Part shown: positions 18,774 through 31,873 of the stretch, piece by piece
Layout of the letters: the number at the start of each line of letters is the position of its first letter
How positions within the stretch are numbered: position 1 is the stretch's first letter
NCBI GenBank assembly: GCA_963764725.1
Contig: CAVXTM010000011.1
Location: 64,001-128,000, forward strand
Length of the DNA stretch: 64,000 bases
From: an uncultured Gammaproteobacteria bacterium
GTDB taxonomy: Bacteria; Pseudomonadota; Gammaproteobacteria; JACCXJ01
Direction of reading: 5' to 3'
Translations under genes and position numbers: made by a program
Notes under the pieces: generated by a model
Told to the model about the DNA's origin: nothing
Seen by the model: the letters and a program-made list of their open reading frames with translations, nothing else
The model's database searches: none

Positions 18774-19586
18774 CTAAGCTGCCTGCAAGGCAAAAGTAGG
18801 CCGGCTCGGGTTGATCCGAGGCAACTCGAGGTGGTGAATTTTTTGAAGCACGCCGTCCCATAGGTTGGTTCTCGAGTAGATTGCTTCGAGGGCGGCAGTG
18901 GCGGCTTTTTCCCAGTTCATGGCGTCGTGACCGGCCATCGCTTGTAACATGCGTCTCGCGGCCGGCCCATGTTCGTCCCCGTCAAGCGCAATGTGGCGTT
19001 CCAGGTAATATTGGAAGGTGGGTACGGGGGATCCGGTGCCCTCCCACAATTTCAGTAGGCGCGCAAACATGTCCGGGATCAGGTCTTCTCGACCGAAGAG
19101 GAAATCGGCCACGACCTCAACGGGATCGCCGTGCAAAGCGCGGTTAATCGTGCGTCCCACGAACCGGCGAACATGGGTCGGGATCGGCAATGCATCGAAC
19201 ACTCTGTCCAGCGACTGCCCCGATCTCACTAAGGCAATAAATTCTTGGAATAGAGACACATCGGCTCCCACCTCTTCCATCGCTCTCAGATATATCTCCA
19301 GATGGCTCAGGGGTCTGCCGTCAATTCCTTTATCGCTTTCCTCGGCCAGGATCACGTCATTGATAAAGCGTGCGAGCGAGGCATCGGCTACCGGCAGCCA
19401 AGGTAAGCGGACGCACGTCAGCTCCTGCTGGAGACGTTTTGCGAGGGACATGAAGTCCCACACTGCGAATACGTGATCTTCCATGAACCATCTAAGCCTC
19501 GGAATCGAATCGATGGCTCCATACAGAGGGTGGTCTAGAAGGGCTGTCCGGGCCTTGGAAATCTCGGGGAATTGTTGCTCTAACAT
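18774..19586 (-). CDS. DUF3050 family heme-oxygenase-like (HDO) diiron enzyme
   Basis: HPLY, FMEDHVFAVWDFMSL, EESD, SHLEIY, GREDLIP, YYLERHIALDGDEHG; GGAGG RBS. Confidence 0.88.
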   Translation of the reverse strand: MLEQQFPEISKARTALLDHPLYGAIDSIPRLRWFMEDHVFAVWDFMSLAKRLQQELTCVRLPWLPVADASLARFINDVILAEESDKGIDGRPLSHLEIYLRAMEEVGADVSLFQEFIALVRSGQSLDRVFDALPIPTHVRRFVGRTINRALHGDPVEVVADFLFGREDLIPDMFARLLKLWEGTGSPVPTFQYYLERHIALDGDEHGPAARRMLQAMAGHDAMNWEKAATAALEAIYSRTNLWDGVLQKIHHLELPRINPSRPTFALQAA

Positions 19587-19750
19587 GGTAATGACCTCCG
19601 GCATGATTGAGATGTTCTCTAGCTGTATGCTTCTAACGGATCTCTTACGCGCCCCATGGCTCCTGGCGCCTAGGCGACGTTCCCTGTCATTCCTTACACA
19701 CGTGCGCGGCGGCTTGTATGTGCCCAAAAGGGCAGAAAAAATTTTCGCTT

Positions 19751-19844
19751 AATGCCCATCGCATTGCGTTGATAACAAGTCCCTCTCGTCGCACACCAAG
19801 GAATTCGATCCCTTGAATCTATATTTCCCCGCCACCGGAATAGG
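19751..19844. repeat. ~95-bp direct repeat, copy B
   Basis: Matches 15908-16004 with scattered substitutions and small indels. Confidence 0.9.
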
Positions 19845-20131
19845 ATAGGTCGCAGGTTTCTTCTCCTTCGCTATTTACCAATCGTTACACTGCTCAGCAC
19901 GCTTCCATCATGAGAAGGCGAGAATCGCATTCCGCCTCTCCCCATTCGAAGCAATACGTCCCCTTGTTTTCGGTGGAACCGCGCCGGGGAGCGTGCCTTT
20001 TGGTCGCGACCAAGATACGACGAGAGCGCTAACAGATGACTAACAGATCAGCACGGCGATGGAAGGTGCGACGGTTTCTAACAAAACGCGGCTTTCGGGC
20101 GCAGGCGTCGTTGGGTTGTGCGCCTGCGGGT

Positions 20132-20500
20132 TCAGCAGGCGTTGCCTATCTCACGAAAGCACAGATCCAGTTCAAGCTGCTCGCCCTTGAGATTCGTAAG
20201 CTCGCACCTGAGGCGACCGGTGAGCAGCGTATACGAGTCGAGATCCAAGGTCCCCGAAAGTAATCGCACGTAAAGCTCTTGATTCGATCCTTCCTGGCGA
20301 ACCACGATGGCAGTCCCAATACCCGACACCCGCCCGGTCTCAGCGTCGATTGGGTCGAGCGAGCGGACCATCGCGGCGCCGAGCGCTACCTTTTTGGAGA
20401 TCGCGAGTTTGACCAACGTCGCGGGCGCCCAGAACACCAGCCGTCTCCCACCACCCGGGATCGCCATTTCTTCTGCGGTGGTCCAACCCAGATAATCCAC
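20132..20500 (-). CDS. Hypothetical protein (possibly the 3' part of a larger decayed gene)
   Basis: ORF with protein-like composition, no motif recognised. Confidence 0.35.
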   Translation of the reverse strand: MDYLGWTTAEEMAIPGGGRRLVFWAPATLVKLAISKKVALGAAMVRSLDPIDAETGRVSGIGTAIVVRQEGSNQELYVRLLSGTLDLDSYTLLTGRLRCELTNLKGEQLELDLCFREIGNAC

Positions 20501-20710
20501 GCTGATGGGGCCGCGCAGTCAGAGCAGGTATTCACCCACTAGGAGCTCTTTGTCGATCACGGGTTATTTTCCAAGCCATCCAATCATTTCGATTCTGGCC
20601 ACTTTTTCCGCTTCGCGATCATTACTTTCCGAAGCGCTGCATTATCTCCTTTGTCCAATGCAGAGAAGTCACAGTGGAAGAATCTACCCTTGGCCGCCCA
20701 CCATGCAGGT

Positions 20711-21472
20711 TCAATTAGTAAATGGCTCGGGCAAGGCGTGCCCCTCGCGCGCCATGTAAAACACACCCACAGGAGCTTGTCCGTCGGGATTTTCGATCTT
20801 GCCGAAGCCCGGCGCTTGCCAAGGCATGAAAAGCATTACCTTACGGAAGGCCTGTTCGAAAACGGTGGCCCCTTGCGCAGGATCAGTGGGTGTCAGTTCC
20901 ACTCGGCATAGGGTCGTGCGGCATTCGATGTTGCCCGGCTGGATCTTTTTGAGCTCCTCTTTCATACCCTCTTTCTGAAAGACCTCTGTCCATGAGGTTT
21001 CTGCTCCCTGCGACCATTCGGGGTCTTCCTCCTCCGTTTCGATCGCCTGCTCAATGCTCGTCTCTTGCGCTTCTACCGCAGCCCACGCCTGTGTCTCTAA
21101 TTCGTCCGGAGACGCCTGCGCTTGGTCCGCTTCAGCTTGTGAGCCCTGAGCACGAACGGATTCACGCAACTCCTCCAGCTTGGCGGTCTGGCTACGCTTG
21201 AGCCGTGCCAGCTCGTTATTCAGTGCCGCAAACTTGTCCTCCAATTCGGTGAGCCGCGGGTCCTTGTCGTCAGGTTTCCGCAGCTCGTCGCCTGCATGCG
21301 GCAAATTAACTCTCGGTTCGGAAATAGCGGGACTTCCAGCGTAGGATCTTGCGGTCGTGTTCGGTGCACCGGGATCCTGCTTGGGCCGAAGCACCGCACC
21401 GGCTGCAAATAAGCTGATTAATAGAGCCATTCCGAAAACTGGTTTCGCGAAGTTTGTGATCGGTAATTTCAT
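20711..21472 (-). CDS. Membrane-anchored/secreted coiled-coil protein with C-terminal CRTTLC domain
   Basis: N-terminal hydrophobic helix, coiled coil, DPEWS, IECRTTLCRVEL. Confidence 0.7.
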   Translation of the reverse strand: MKLPITNFAKPVFGMALLISLFAAGAVLRPKQDPGAPNTTARSYAGSPAISEPRVNLPHAGDELRKPDDKDPRLTELEDKFAALNNELARLKRSQTAKLEELRESVRAQGSQAEADQAQASPDELETQAWAAVEAQETSIEQAIETEEEDPEWSQGAETSWTEVFQKEGMKEELKKIQPGNIECRTTLCRVELTPTDPAQGATVFEQAFRKVMLFMPWQAPGFGKIENPDGQAPVGVFYMAREGHALPEPFTN

Positions 21473-21511
21473 GGTTATATTTCTCGTGTTGAAAGTTGTT
21501 GCTTAGAACGA

Positions 21512-21534
21512 GCGCGGGCTCTCGGAGCCCGCGC
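21512..21534. terminator. Intergenic perfect 10-bp hairpin
   Basis: GCGCGGGCTC-tcg-GAGCCCGCGC between two co-oriented genes. Confidence 0.55.
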
Positions 21535-21567
21535 ATAGACAGGTCTATGACTAGGTGGTGCCTCTAG

Positions 21568-22086
21568 TCATTCCTCAATGAAGCTGTAGTCGTGGATCCC
21601 CGAAACAAGGCCGTTATAGGTTGGTGGGATATAGCAGGTATAGAAGTTGTGAGAAGTCGAGCCGACTGTGACGGACGGGTCAACACGATCATAATAGAGA
21701 GTCTGCACTCTGTTGGTCTCTCCACCCGTGTGTGAGTTACTAGCCACGAAATAAATAGTGCTATCTTGAGGACGGCGCACCAACTGAAACAGGGTACACC
21801 ATATCTCCGCGGACGGATGCCTATCCGTCGTTCGAATCCAGCCACTTGCGATGTTTGAATAGATGTCATTGACGACGTTGCAGTCCATGTAAAGCCATTG
21901 CGTCGGGGAATGATTCTCGACACTACCGTAGGTGCGAGTTATGTTGGCTCCCCCGTCCAATTTCACGCACATATTCCCAGGATAGACTGTATAGCTAGCT
22001 GCGAAAGCTTGCGGCGAACCAAGCGTCGCGGAGAGCCCTAAGGCACAGACAACTACGACACTAAGAACACTGTTGGAAGTTTTCAT
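21568..22086 (-). CDS. Secreted beta-rich hypothetical protein with four mature-region Cys
   Basis: Signal peptide ending AFA; YPGNMC, MDC, WCTL, YTCYIP; GAGGG RBS. Confidence 0.75.
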   Translation of the reverse strand: MKTSNSVLSVVVVCALGLSATLGSPQAFAASYTVYPGNMCVKLDGGANITRTYGSVENHSPTQWLYMDCNVVNDIYSNIASGWIRTTDRHPSAEIWCTLFQLVRRPQDSTIYFVASNSHTGGETNRVQTLYYDRVDPSVTVGSTSHNFYTCYIPPTYNGLVSGIHDYSFIEE

Positions 22087-22159
22087 CGTATTTCCCTCAT
22101 TAAATAAGGTTGATTACTGATAACTGCATTGACGCCCCGTTTCGCGAGCGACGCGACTT

Positions 22160-22216
22160 CATGGAGCTAACCGGCGCGCTGCTTTTTGGCGCGTCCGAGT
22201 TAGCGCGAGATTAGCC
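22160..22216 (+). repeat. attC-like remnant
   Basis: GGAGCTAACCGGCGCGCT..GCGCGTCCGAGTTAGCGCGAGATTAGCC resembles an attC L''..L'/R' arm. Confidence 0.45.
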
Positions 22217-22621
22217 CTTACACCCGCCAAGGATACGAAATGCACCTTCGCTTGTTCAGTGACTTTTCGCATAAACATTTTGTGACATATTCACAATATG
22301 TCCCGAAAGAACACGCCGAAGGTCTGGTGTTGAAATATCACTTTCTCAATATTTAGGAACGTCACCCTTTTTCCCGCGCGACCTCCAGTTCGATCCCGAT
22401 GTTGTCACAGGTCGTTTCTGCTCCTTGTGACCTTCTTTTCACGTACAACAAGGTCTCGTAGATGCGGCTCGCGAACGACCGATTATGCGAGGTCGAGAAA
22501 TTATCCGTAGAGGAGGGGAGGGGAGACGTGAGGGCGGGCCGGGAAACTTGTTTCCCGGCCCGGTCCGCATGGACAGAGCGCCGTGCGTTCTGTTGCGTAC
22601 GGCGGGCGGTCTCGGGGCTAG

Positions 22622-23381
22622 CTAAGCTCCGAGCGGCGGTGGCTCCACTGGCGGCACGCCGCATGCCGGCACCCACTGTCCGTCCTCGCCGAGGATGAAG
22701 TAGTCGCAGGGCTCATCCGGTGGTGGCAACGGTGGCGGCGGAATTACTGTACTGGACGACACGAGCGAGATGTTTGGCACACCGGCCTCGTATACGACGT
22801 TCAGCATCCCGAAGGCATCACGGTCTGTGTCGTGCAGGTAGCTGAACCGCGGCCACCCGGTTCCTGCGTTGTCTCAGAGGTCCTGGTTGGTTTGGACAAG
22901 GTCGGACAGGTGCCAGATGTAGGGAACCCCGTAGATCTTTCCCGTCCCCACGAGTTCGACCGACGCATTTTGGCAGATGTTATTGGTGATGAAGTCCGCG
23001 CTCGGTCGGCCACGCCAGCTCGATGTCACATTGCCTTCGATGAAATCCCTGCCAAGGCGAGTCGGTGGTTGTCCTGGAAATTGCAACGGTACCCCCGGAA
23101 ACTGCAAATGAACGGGGTACTGGTGTGCAAACGTCAGACTGTCCGCGAGATTATTGTTTTTGACGTAGAGAAGCTTGCCTTTCATCTGGGAATCGTTCTG
23201 CTGCACCGATTCTGCTGCGAATGCCGACGCGGGGGAAGTGAGCGCCACCGCAATCACAATGGCGATTGGCACGGTACACAGATTTCTCAGTGTGGTGAGG
23301 GCGATGGAATCTTGCTCGGCACTTTGAGCTCGGGTGCGCCAATGCGATGAGGTGCCTACAGGCAGGGGTAATCTTTTTCAT
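22622..23381 (-). pseudogene. Decayed secreted protein with Pro-rich C-terminus
   Basis: AAGGAG RBS/ATG at 23381 is out of frame with the signal peptide; in-frame TGA at 22874-22876 separates collinear ORFs 22874..23272 and 22622..22807. Confidence 0.55.
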
Positions 23382-23524
23382 GGCAATTACTCCTTAGAAA
23401 ATGGTTATCTACAGTGGTCTTAGAGGCCGACGATGGGAACACGGAGTCGGAACGCAACCCCCTCCAAGCAACCCCTTGCCCACGAATACGCACCGCGGTA
23501 AATTTCGGATTCCGATCGCATTTC

Positions 23525-23700
23525 TGCCCGTTCCCTTTACGGCAACGGCTCCCACTGCGCCAGCAAGGGCTACACCGTCATCGAGATCCAAGGTGCCAAA
23601 CAAGACTGCCAAGCCTGCCCGCAGCACCAGCAATGCCTACGCACCCTGGACAAGACGCCAACCCGCCAGGCGGCGTTTTTTCTCGCGGGGCCCACGGAGC
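23525..23700 (+). pseudogene. IS1182-like transposase fragment
   Basis: LYGNGSHC..GYTVIEIQGAKQDCQACPQHQQCLRTLDKTPTRQAAFF. Confidence 0.55.
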
Positions 23701-23881
23701 GGAGTCACCCTGCGGCTCGCCGCGACCGTCACCTCATGATGAACCGTAACGTCCAGTAACGTGTTACAGTGTTACGCGATGACCTTGGATTTCTTGACCA
23801 GGTGAGAAACAACATGTCCAACCAGAGAATTGGATAACAGTTAGACAATGTCTATCTGCGTGTCCTATTAGGAGAACTTCA

Positions 23882-24013
23882 ATGGCCAAAGGCCAAAAAC
23901 GCAGTAATCGTGAAGCTAAGAAACCAAAGCAATCCAAAAAGGCTACCGTTCCAGCGTCGCCTTTTGACGTGACGAAAAAGCCTGCCGCTCCCATGCCCGG
24001 AAAAAAGAAATAG
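23882..24013 (+). CDS. 43-aa Lys-rich basic protein (missed by ORF track)
   Basis: AGGAG RBS; MAKGQKRSNREAKKPKQSKKATVPASPFDVTKKPAAPMPGKKK. Confidence 0.7.
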   Translation: MAKGQKRSNREAKKPKQSKKATVPASPFDVTKKPAAPMPGKKK

Positions 24014-24217
24014 CGGGCGCGAGGCCAAATTCAAGGATCGAGCGAGAGACTAGGTAATCGCTCCTTGTTGATGATGCGTTCGCCCCGCCCCCTGGACAGC
24101 GATTGCCAATATGGTAATCTCAAAATAACTGCCTGAATCGTAGGCAGTTTGGCTAGAGCTTATTTCCACGGTGGCCCTTGCTGGTGTATTGAGCTGTTCG
24201 GTGCGTCATCAAAGCAA

Positions 24218-24685
24218 ATGCTTAAGCGCAAGCTGAGTGCCTGTTTGTGCCTGCTGGTCTACCTCATGACGGGGGCGGGAAGCGGGCAGGCACCGGTCCT
24301 GTTCATGATCCTAGGTCACGGCCATACGACCTACGTCGATTACAGTGATGAGGGTATCCGATTAACCCTGCACCACCCAGGGCACGCTGACGAGCACGAA
24401 CCGAAACCGTTCTTTCCCGGCCCGCATCAGCCCGATGTTCTGGACCAGGTGCTGGCGGCGCTCACGGGGCAGGATAACCAAGAAGATCACGTCATCCAGA
24501 CCCATCCACAGGAGCCGCAAGGCCTGGCAGCATTCAAAACGATCGAAATCCCCAAGGCCTTATCTTTACCGGTAACGACTCACCCATTTCCCATTGCGCT
24601 TACGTCCGTACCCACCCTGGCGCGGCCCCCGCCTGGGATCAACCCCACGCTTGCCTCCCGCCGCACCACCGTCCTTCTAATTTAG
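24218..24685 (+). CDS. His-rich periplasmic protein upstream of czcC (CzcI-like position)
   Basis: Signal-like N-terminus; GHGH, LHHPGHADEHE, DHVIQTH. Confidence 0.6.
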   Translation: MLKRKLSACLCLLVYLMTGAGSGQAPVLFMILGHGHTTYVDYSDEGIRLTLHHPGHADEHEPKPFFPGPHQPDVLDQVLAALTGQDNQEDHVIQTHPQEPQGLAAFKTIEIPKALSLPVTTHPFPIALTSVPTLARPPPGINPTLASRRTTVLLI

Positions 24686-24779
24686 ATCCCTCTAGAAGAC
24701 CCGCACGCCTCGTATAGGGGCGTCTGCAATCGGTGGGTTATGGCCTGGCCTGACCCTTATCGACCTTCAGAGGCGATTT

Positions 24780-26114
24780 ATGTCTTCCAAAACTCTATCG
24801 ATCTTGTTGCTGGCGCAGCTCATGGGTGGCGCCTGCGCTTATGCGGATTCGGCGGCGCCCCACCCCCCGCTTGAATCACCGGAAGTCTTGCCTTCCGGTC
24901 CTGCTATCAGGGAGCCCGCCGGGGACCTCACACTACGCCAGGCGCTCTCGCTTGCGCTCCTTCGGAACCCCGAGCTCAAGGCCTTTGCCTTCGAAGTCCG
25001 CGCCCGGGAGGCGGCGGTGCTCCAGGCCGGCCTGCTTCCAAACCCTCATCTTGGCGTGGTAGCGGAGAACTTCGGCAATGACGCTATTCAGGGGTTTGAT
25101 AGCACGGCGATTACCATTCAGCTCAGCCAGTTGATCGAGCTCGGTGGAAAGCGTGCAGCCCGAACGGAGGCCACGCAGTTGGCGCGTGATCTCGCTGGCT
25201 GGGACTACGAGAAGGAGCGGATCAAGGTGTTGACGGAAACCCAGAGGGCCTATGTCGAGGTCCTAAGCACACAGGGGCGGGCCGCACTGAGCAAACAAGT
25301 GGTGGATCTCGCGGAAGAGGTCGCCGCCGCCGCGGCCAAACGGGTGATGGCCGGTAAGGTCTCTCCGGTAGAAGAGACCAAGGCCGGGGTCGCGACTGCC
25401 TCGGTGCGAATCGAGCTCACGCGTGCCGAGCGGGAGCTGGAGGCCGCCCGTGCGCGCCTAGCGGCGAGCTGGGGCAGTACTGCCCCGCGCTTCAAGCGCG
25501 CCAGAGGGGTGATCGAGGCCGTCTTCCCTATTCCCTCCCTGGAACAGCTCATGGAGCGGCTCCACCAGAACCCGGAGCTCGCACGCTGGGCCACGGAGAT
25601 CGCGGAGCGCCAGGCCGTAATCGGCTTAGAAGAGACCCGGGCCATTCCGGACCTCACGGCCAGCTTTGGGGTCCGGCGTTTCGAGGAGCCCGGGGACGAC
25701 GCCCTGGTGGCCGGGATCTCCCTGCCCCTGCCGCTGTTCAACCGCAACCAGGGCGCCATCCTGGAGGCGCAGCGCCGGCTCACCAAGGCCGAAGAAGAAC
25801 GCCGCGCGGCGAAAGTGCGGGTGGCTACGGCCTTGAGCAACGCCTACCAGACCTTGGCCGGCGCGCATGCCGAGATCATTGCCTTGAAGGCTCAGGTCCT
25901 GCCCGGCGCCCAGAGCGCCTTCGAGGCCGCAAGCAAAGGTTACCGGTTGGGTAAGTTCGGCCTGCTCGATGTCCTGGACGCGCAGCGGACCCTGTTCGGG
26001 GCCAAGGCGCAATACCTGCGCGCGTTGAGCGACTACCACCAGTCAATTGCCCAGGTGGAGGGCTTGATCGGCGAACGATTTGAGGCGGTCCAAACCCAGA
26101 AGGAATCACGATGA
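24780..26114 (+). CDS. czcC: TolC-family outer membrane factor of heavy-metal RND system
   Basis: QAGLLPNP, QLIELGGKRAAR, LPLFNRNQG, LDVLDAQRTL. Confidence 0.9.
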   Translation: MSSKTLSILLLAQLMGGACAYADSAAPHPPLESPEVLPSGPAIREPAGDLTLRQALSLALLRNPELKAFAFEVRAREAAVLQAGLLPNPHLGVVAENFGNDAIQGFDSTAITIQLSQLIELGGKRAARTEATQLARDLAGWDYEKERIKVLTETQRAYVEVLSTQGRAALSKQVVDLAEEVAAAAAKRVMAGKVSPVEETKAGVATASVRIELTRAERELEAARARLAASWGSTAPRFKRARGVIEAVFPIPSLEQLMERLHQNPELARWATEIAERQAVIGLEETRAIPDLTASFGVRRFEEPGDDALVAGISLPLPLFNRNQGAILEAQRRLTKAEEERRAAKVRVATALSNAYQTLAGAHAEIIALKAQVLPGAQSAFEAASKGYRLGKFGLLDVLDAQRTLFGAKAQYLRALSDYHQSIAQVEGLIGERFEAVQTQKESR

Positions 26115-27652
26115 ACGTAAAGAATTGGCTTTCCATCGCCGCCGTGGTGTTGGTGGGGATCGTCCTCGGCTTTTTCATCTTGCGCCTGGAACCCGCCGAC
26201 ACCGAGGAGCATGAGGCTCAGAGTGATCAGGAGGAAACCCTTATGACCAAGGGACCTCACGGCGGCCGGCTGTTGACTCAAGACGGATTCGAGATCGAGA
26301 TCACGATTTACAAACGAGACGTGCCGCCGCAATTCCGGGTCTATGCCTATGAAAAGGGAACGCCCTTATTCCCTGAGCAAGTCGAACTGACTATGGAGTT
26401 GCACCGGCTAGGGGGCACGGTGGACGTGATCAACTTCCAGAAGGAGGGAGACTTTCTGCGCGGCGATCGAGTCATCGAAGAGCCGCACTCCTTCGACGTG
26501 AAGGTCAGCGCGGTGCGCGAAAGCCGCCGCTATGAGTGGGAATACACACAAGTCGAAGGCAGGGTCCAGCTTTCCCATGAAGCGTTGCAAAGCTCGGGCA
26601 TAGGCCTTATGACTGCTGGCCCCGCGCGCATCAAGACGCTCTTGGAGCTACCTGGGGAGATTAAGCTCAATCAAAACCATTTGGCCCATGTCGTCCCTCG
26701 ATTCGCCGGTGTGGTCACCGCCGTCCATAAAAATCTGGGCGATAGGGTAAGGAGGGGCGAGGTTATCGCGATCGTCGACAGCCTCGAGCTCGCGGACGTA
26801 AAGGGCCAATACATCGAATCGGTGCATCGGCTTGAGCTTGCACAGACCAGTTTCATTCGGGAACAGAGCCTGTGGAGGAACAAGATCTCACCCGAGCAGG
26901 ATTACCTTAGCAGCCGTCACGCCTTGGAAGAAGCAGAGATTACCAAGCAAATCGCCGCGCAGAAACTGCTGGCGTTGGGACTCTCTCACGCCGACCTCGC
27001 CACGCTGTCCATAGAGCCGGAAGGTACGGTCAAGCTGCATCGGCTGCGGACGCCTTTCCGCGAGCAGATGCTCACACGCTATGAGATCCGCGCACCGCTC
27101 GATGGTGTCGTCATCGAGAAGCACCTCGTGCTGGGCGAGGCTATCAAGGAGGACACGGCGATCTTTATGATCGCGGATCTCTCGTCGGTATGGGGAGAGT
27201 TCAACGTCTACGCTAAGGATTTAAACGCGGTCCGGCTCGGCCAGGCGGTCACTGTCAGATCCGAAGTCTTGGCGATCGAAGCCACCGCTACCGTGTCTTA
27301 CCTCGGCCCGTTGGTGGGCGAAGAGACTCGGTCCGCGCGCGCCCATGTGCACATCGCAAACCCGGACGGGCGCTGGCGGCCGGGTCTCTTCGTGACGGTC
27401 GAGGTGGTGCAAGAAGAAATCACGGTACCGGTCGCGGTCGCGGCCGAGGCTATCCAAACCTACCGTGATTGGCAGGTGGTGTTCGCGCAATACGGAGATC
27501 TCTTCGAGATACGGCCGCTGGAATTGGGGCGCAGTGACGGGCAATGGGTGGAGGTGGTTCGGGGCCTCTCGGCCGGGGAGCGCTACGCCGCGCAGAACAG
27601 CTTCGTTCTCAAGTCCGAGCTCGGCAAATCCACCGCCACCCATGAGCATTAA
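26111..27652 (+). CDS. czcB: Heavy-metal RND periplasmic adaptor
   Basis: KGPHGGRLL, EEPHSFDV, HVVPRFAG, WRPGLFV, C-terminal HEH. Confidence 0.9.
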   Translation: MNVKNWLSIAAVVLVGIVLGFFILRLEPADTEEHEAQSDQEETLMTKGPHGGRLLTQDGFEIEITIYKRDVPPQFRVYAYEKGTPLFPEQVELTMELHRLGGTVDVINFQKEGDFLRGDRVIEEPHSFDVKVSAVRESRRYEWEYTQVEGRVQLSHEALQSSGIGLMTAGPARIKTLLELPGEIKLNQNHLAHVVPRFAGVVTAVHKNLGDRVRRGEVIAIVDSLELADVKGQYIESVHRLELAQTSFIREQSLWRNKISPEQDYLSSRHALEEAEITKQIAAQKLLALGLSHADLATLSIEPEGTVKLHRLRTPFREQMLTRYEIRAPLDGVVIEKHLVLGEAIKEDTAIFMIADLSSVWGEFNVYAKDLNAVRLGQAVTVRSEVLAIEATATVSYLGPLVGEETRSARAHVHIANPDGRWRPGLFVTVEVVQEEITVPVAVAAEAIQTYRDWQVVFAQYGDLFEIRPLELGRSDGQWVEVVRGLSAGERYAAQNSFVLKSELGKSTATHEH

Positions 27653-30827
<3,175 letters not shown>

Positions 30828-30834
30828 AGCAACG

Positions 30835-31649
30835 ATGGGCTTGCGACGCGGTATTCAGCAACCGGGCGCGTTCGCCGCTTTGGGGGCGGCTTTCCTTTTC
30901 GGTGCGGGCACACCGCTCGCGAAGCTCCTGCTCGTAGGGTGGATCCGTGGCTGCTCGCGGGCTTGCTCTACCGGGGCTCCGGGGTGGGTCTTGCGCTGTA
31001 TCGCTCGCTGTGCGGTATGCGGGCGGCGCGGCTTTGCGCAGAGGAAACGCTATGGCTCGCCGGGGCGATTGGCGCGGGCGGCATCATCGGGCTGGTCTTG
31101 CTGATGTTCGGCCTGACCGCAATGCCCGCCTGCGGCGCATCGCTCCTCTTGAATGCGGAAGCGGTGTTCACCGCGCTCTTGGCATGGTTTGCGTTCCGGG
31201 AGAACTTCGACCGGCGCATCGCGCTCGGGATGATCGCGATCGTGGCGGGCGCGGTGATCCTGAGCTGGCCGGGCGAAGCCCGCTTTGCCGGGCTGTGGCC
31301 GCCGCTCTTGGTGCTCGGGGCGTGCCTCGCGTGGGGCATCGATAACAACCTCACCCGCAAGGTATCGTTGACCGACGCCGCGTGGATCGCGCAGGTCAAA
31401 GGGCTTTGCGCGGGCACGGTCAATCTGGCCTTGGCCTTCTCGCTCGGCGCGACGCCGCCGCGCCTGTCCGCTATCGCCGCGGCGATGGCCGTGGGCTTCC
31501 TAGCTTACGGGGTCAGCCTCGCACTCTTCGTCGTGGGGCTGCGCCACCTCGGCACCGCACGCACCGGTGCGTACTTTTCGATCGCACCGTTCTTCGGGGC
31601 CCTTGCGGCCCTGTGGGCTCCGGACGCACACCACAGGCACCGCCACTGA
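30835..31649 (+). pseudogene. EamA/DMT transporter, frameshifted (~30938) and internally deleted
   Basis: LFGAGTPLAKLL / DPWLLAGLLY, WGIDNNLTRKVS, RTGAYFS, abrupt jump to PDAHHRHRH tail. Confidence 0.8.
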
Positions 31650-31873
31650 TGGGCCGGGCTTTGCTGAAAACCGCGCTCCTCTTCATCGCCAGGGATCTTC
31701 TCCTCCACCGTCCTCAGCCTGATGATCGCACCGGTGCTGTATCGGTTATTCGAACGCCATCCCGCCGTAAGAAACGATTTTTTTCCTCTTGCATAATTGT
31801 CTCCTTTTTTTCAAACAATATATTGCACGCAGACATTGATCATCCGTTCCAATCCCAACAGAGGAGACGATCT

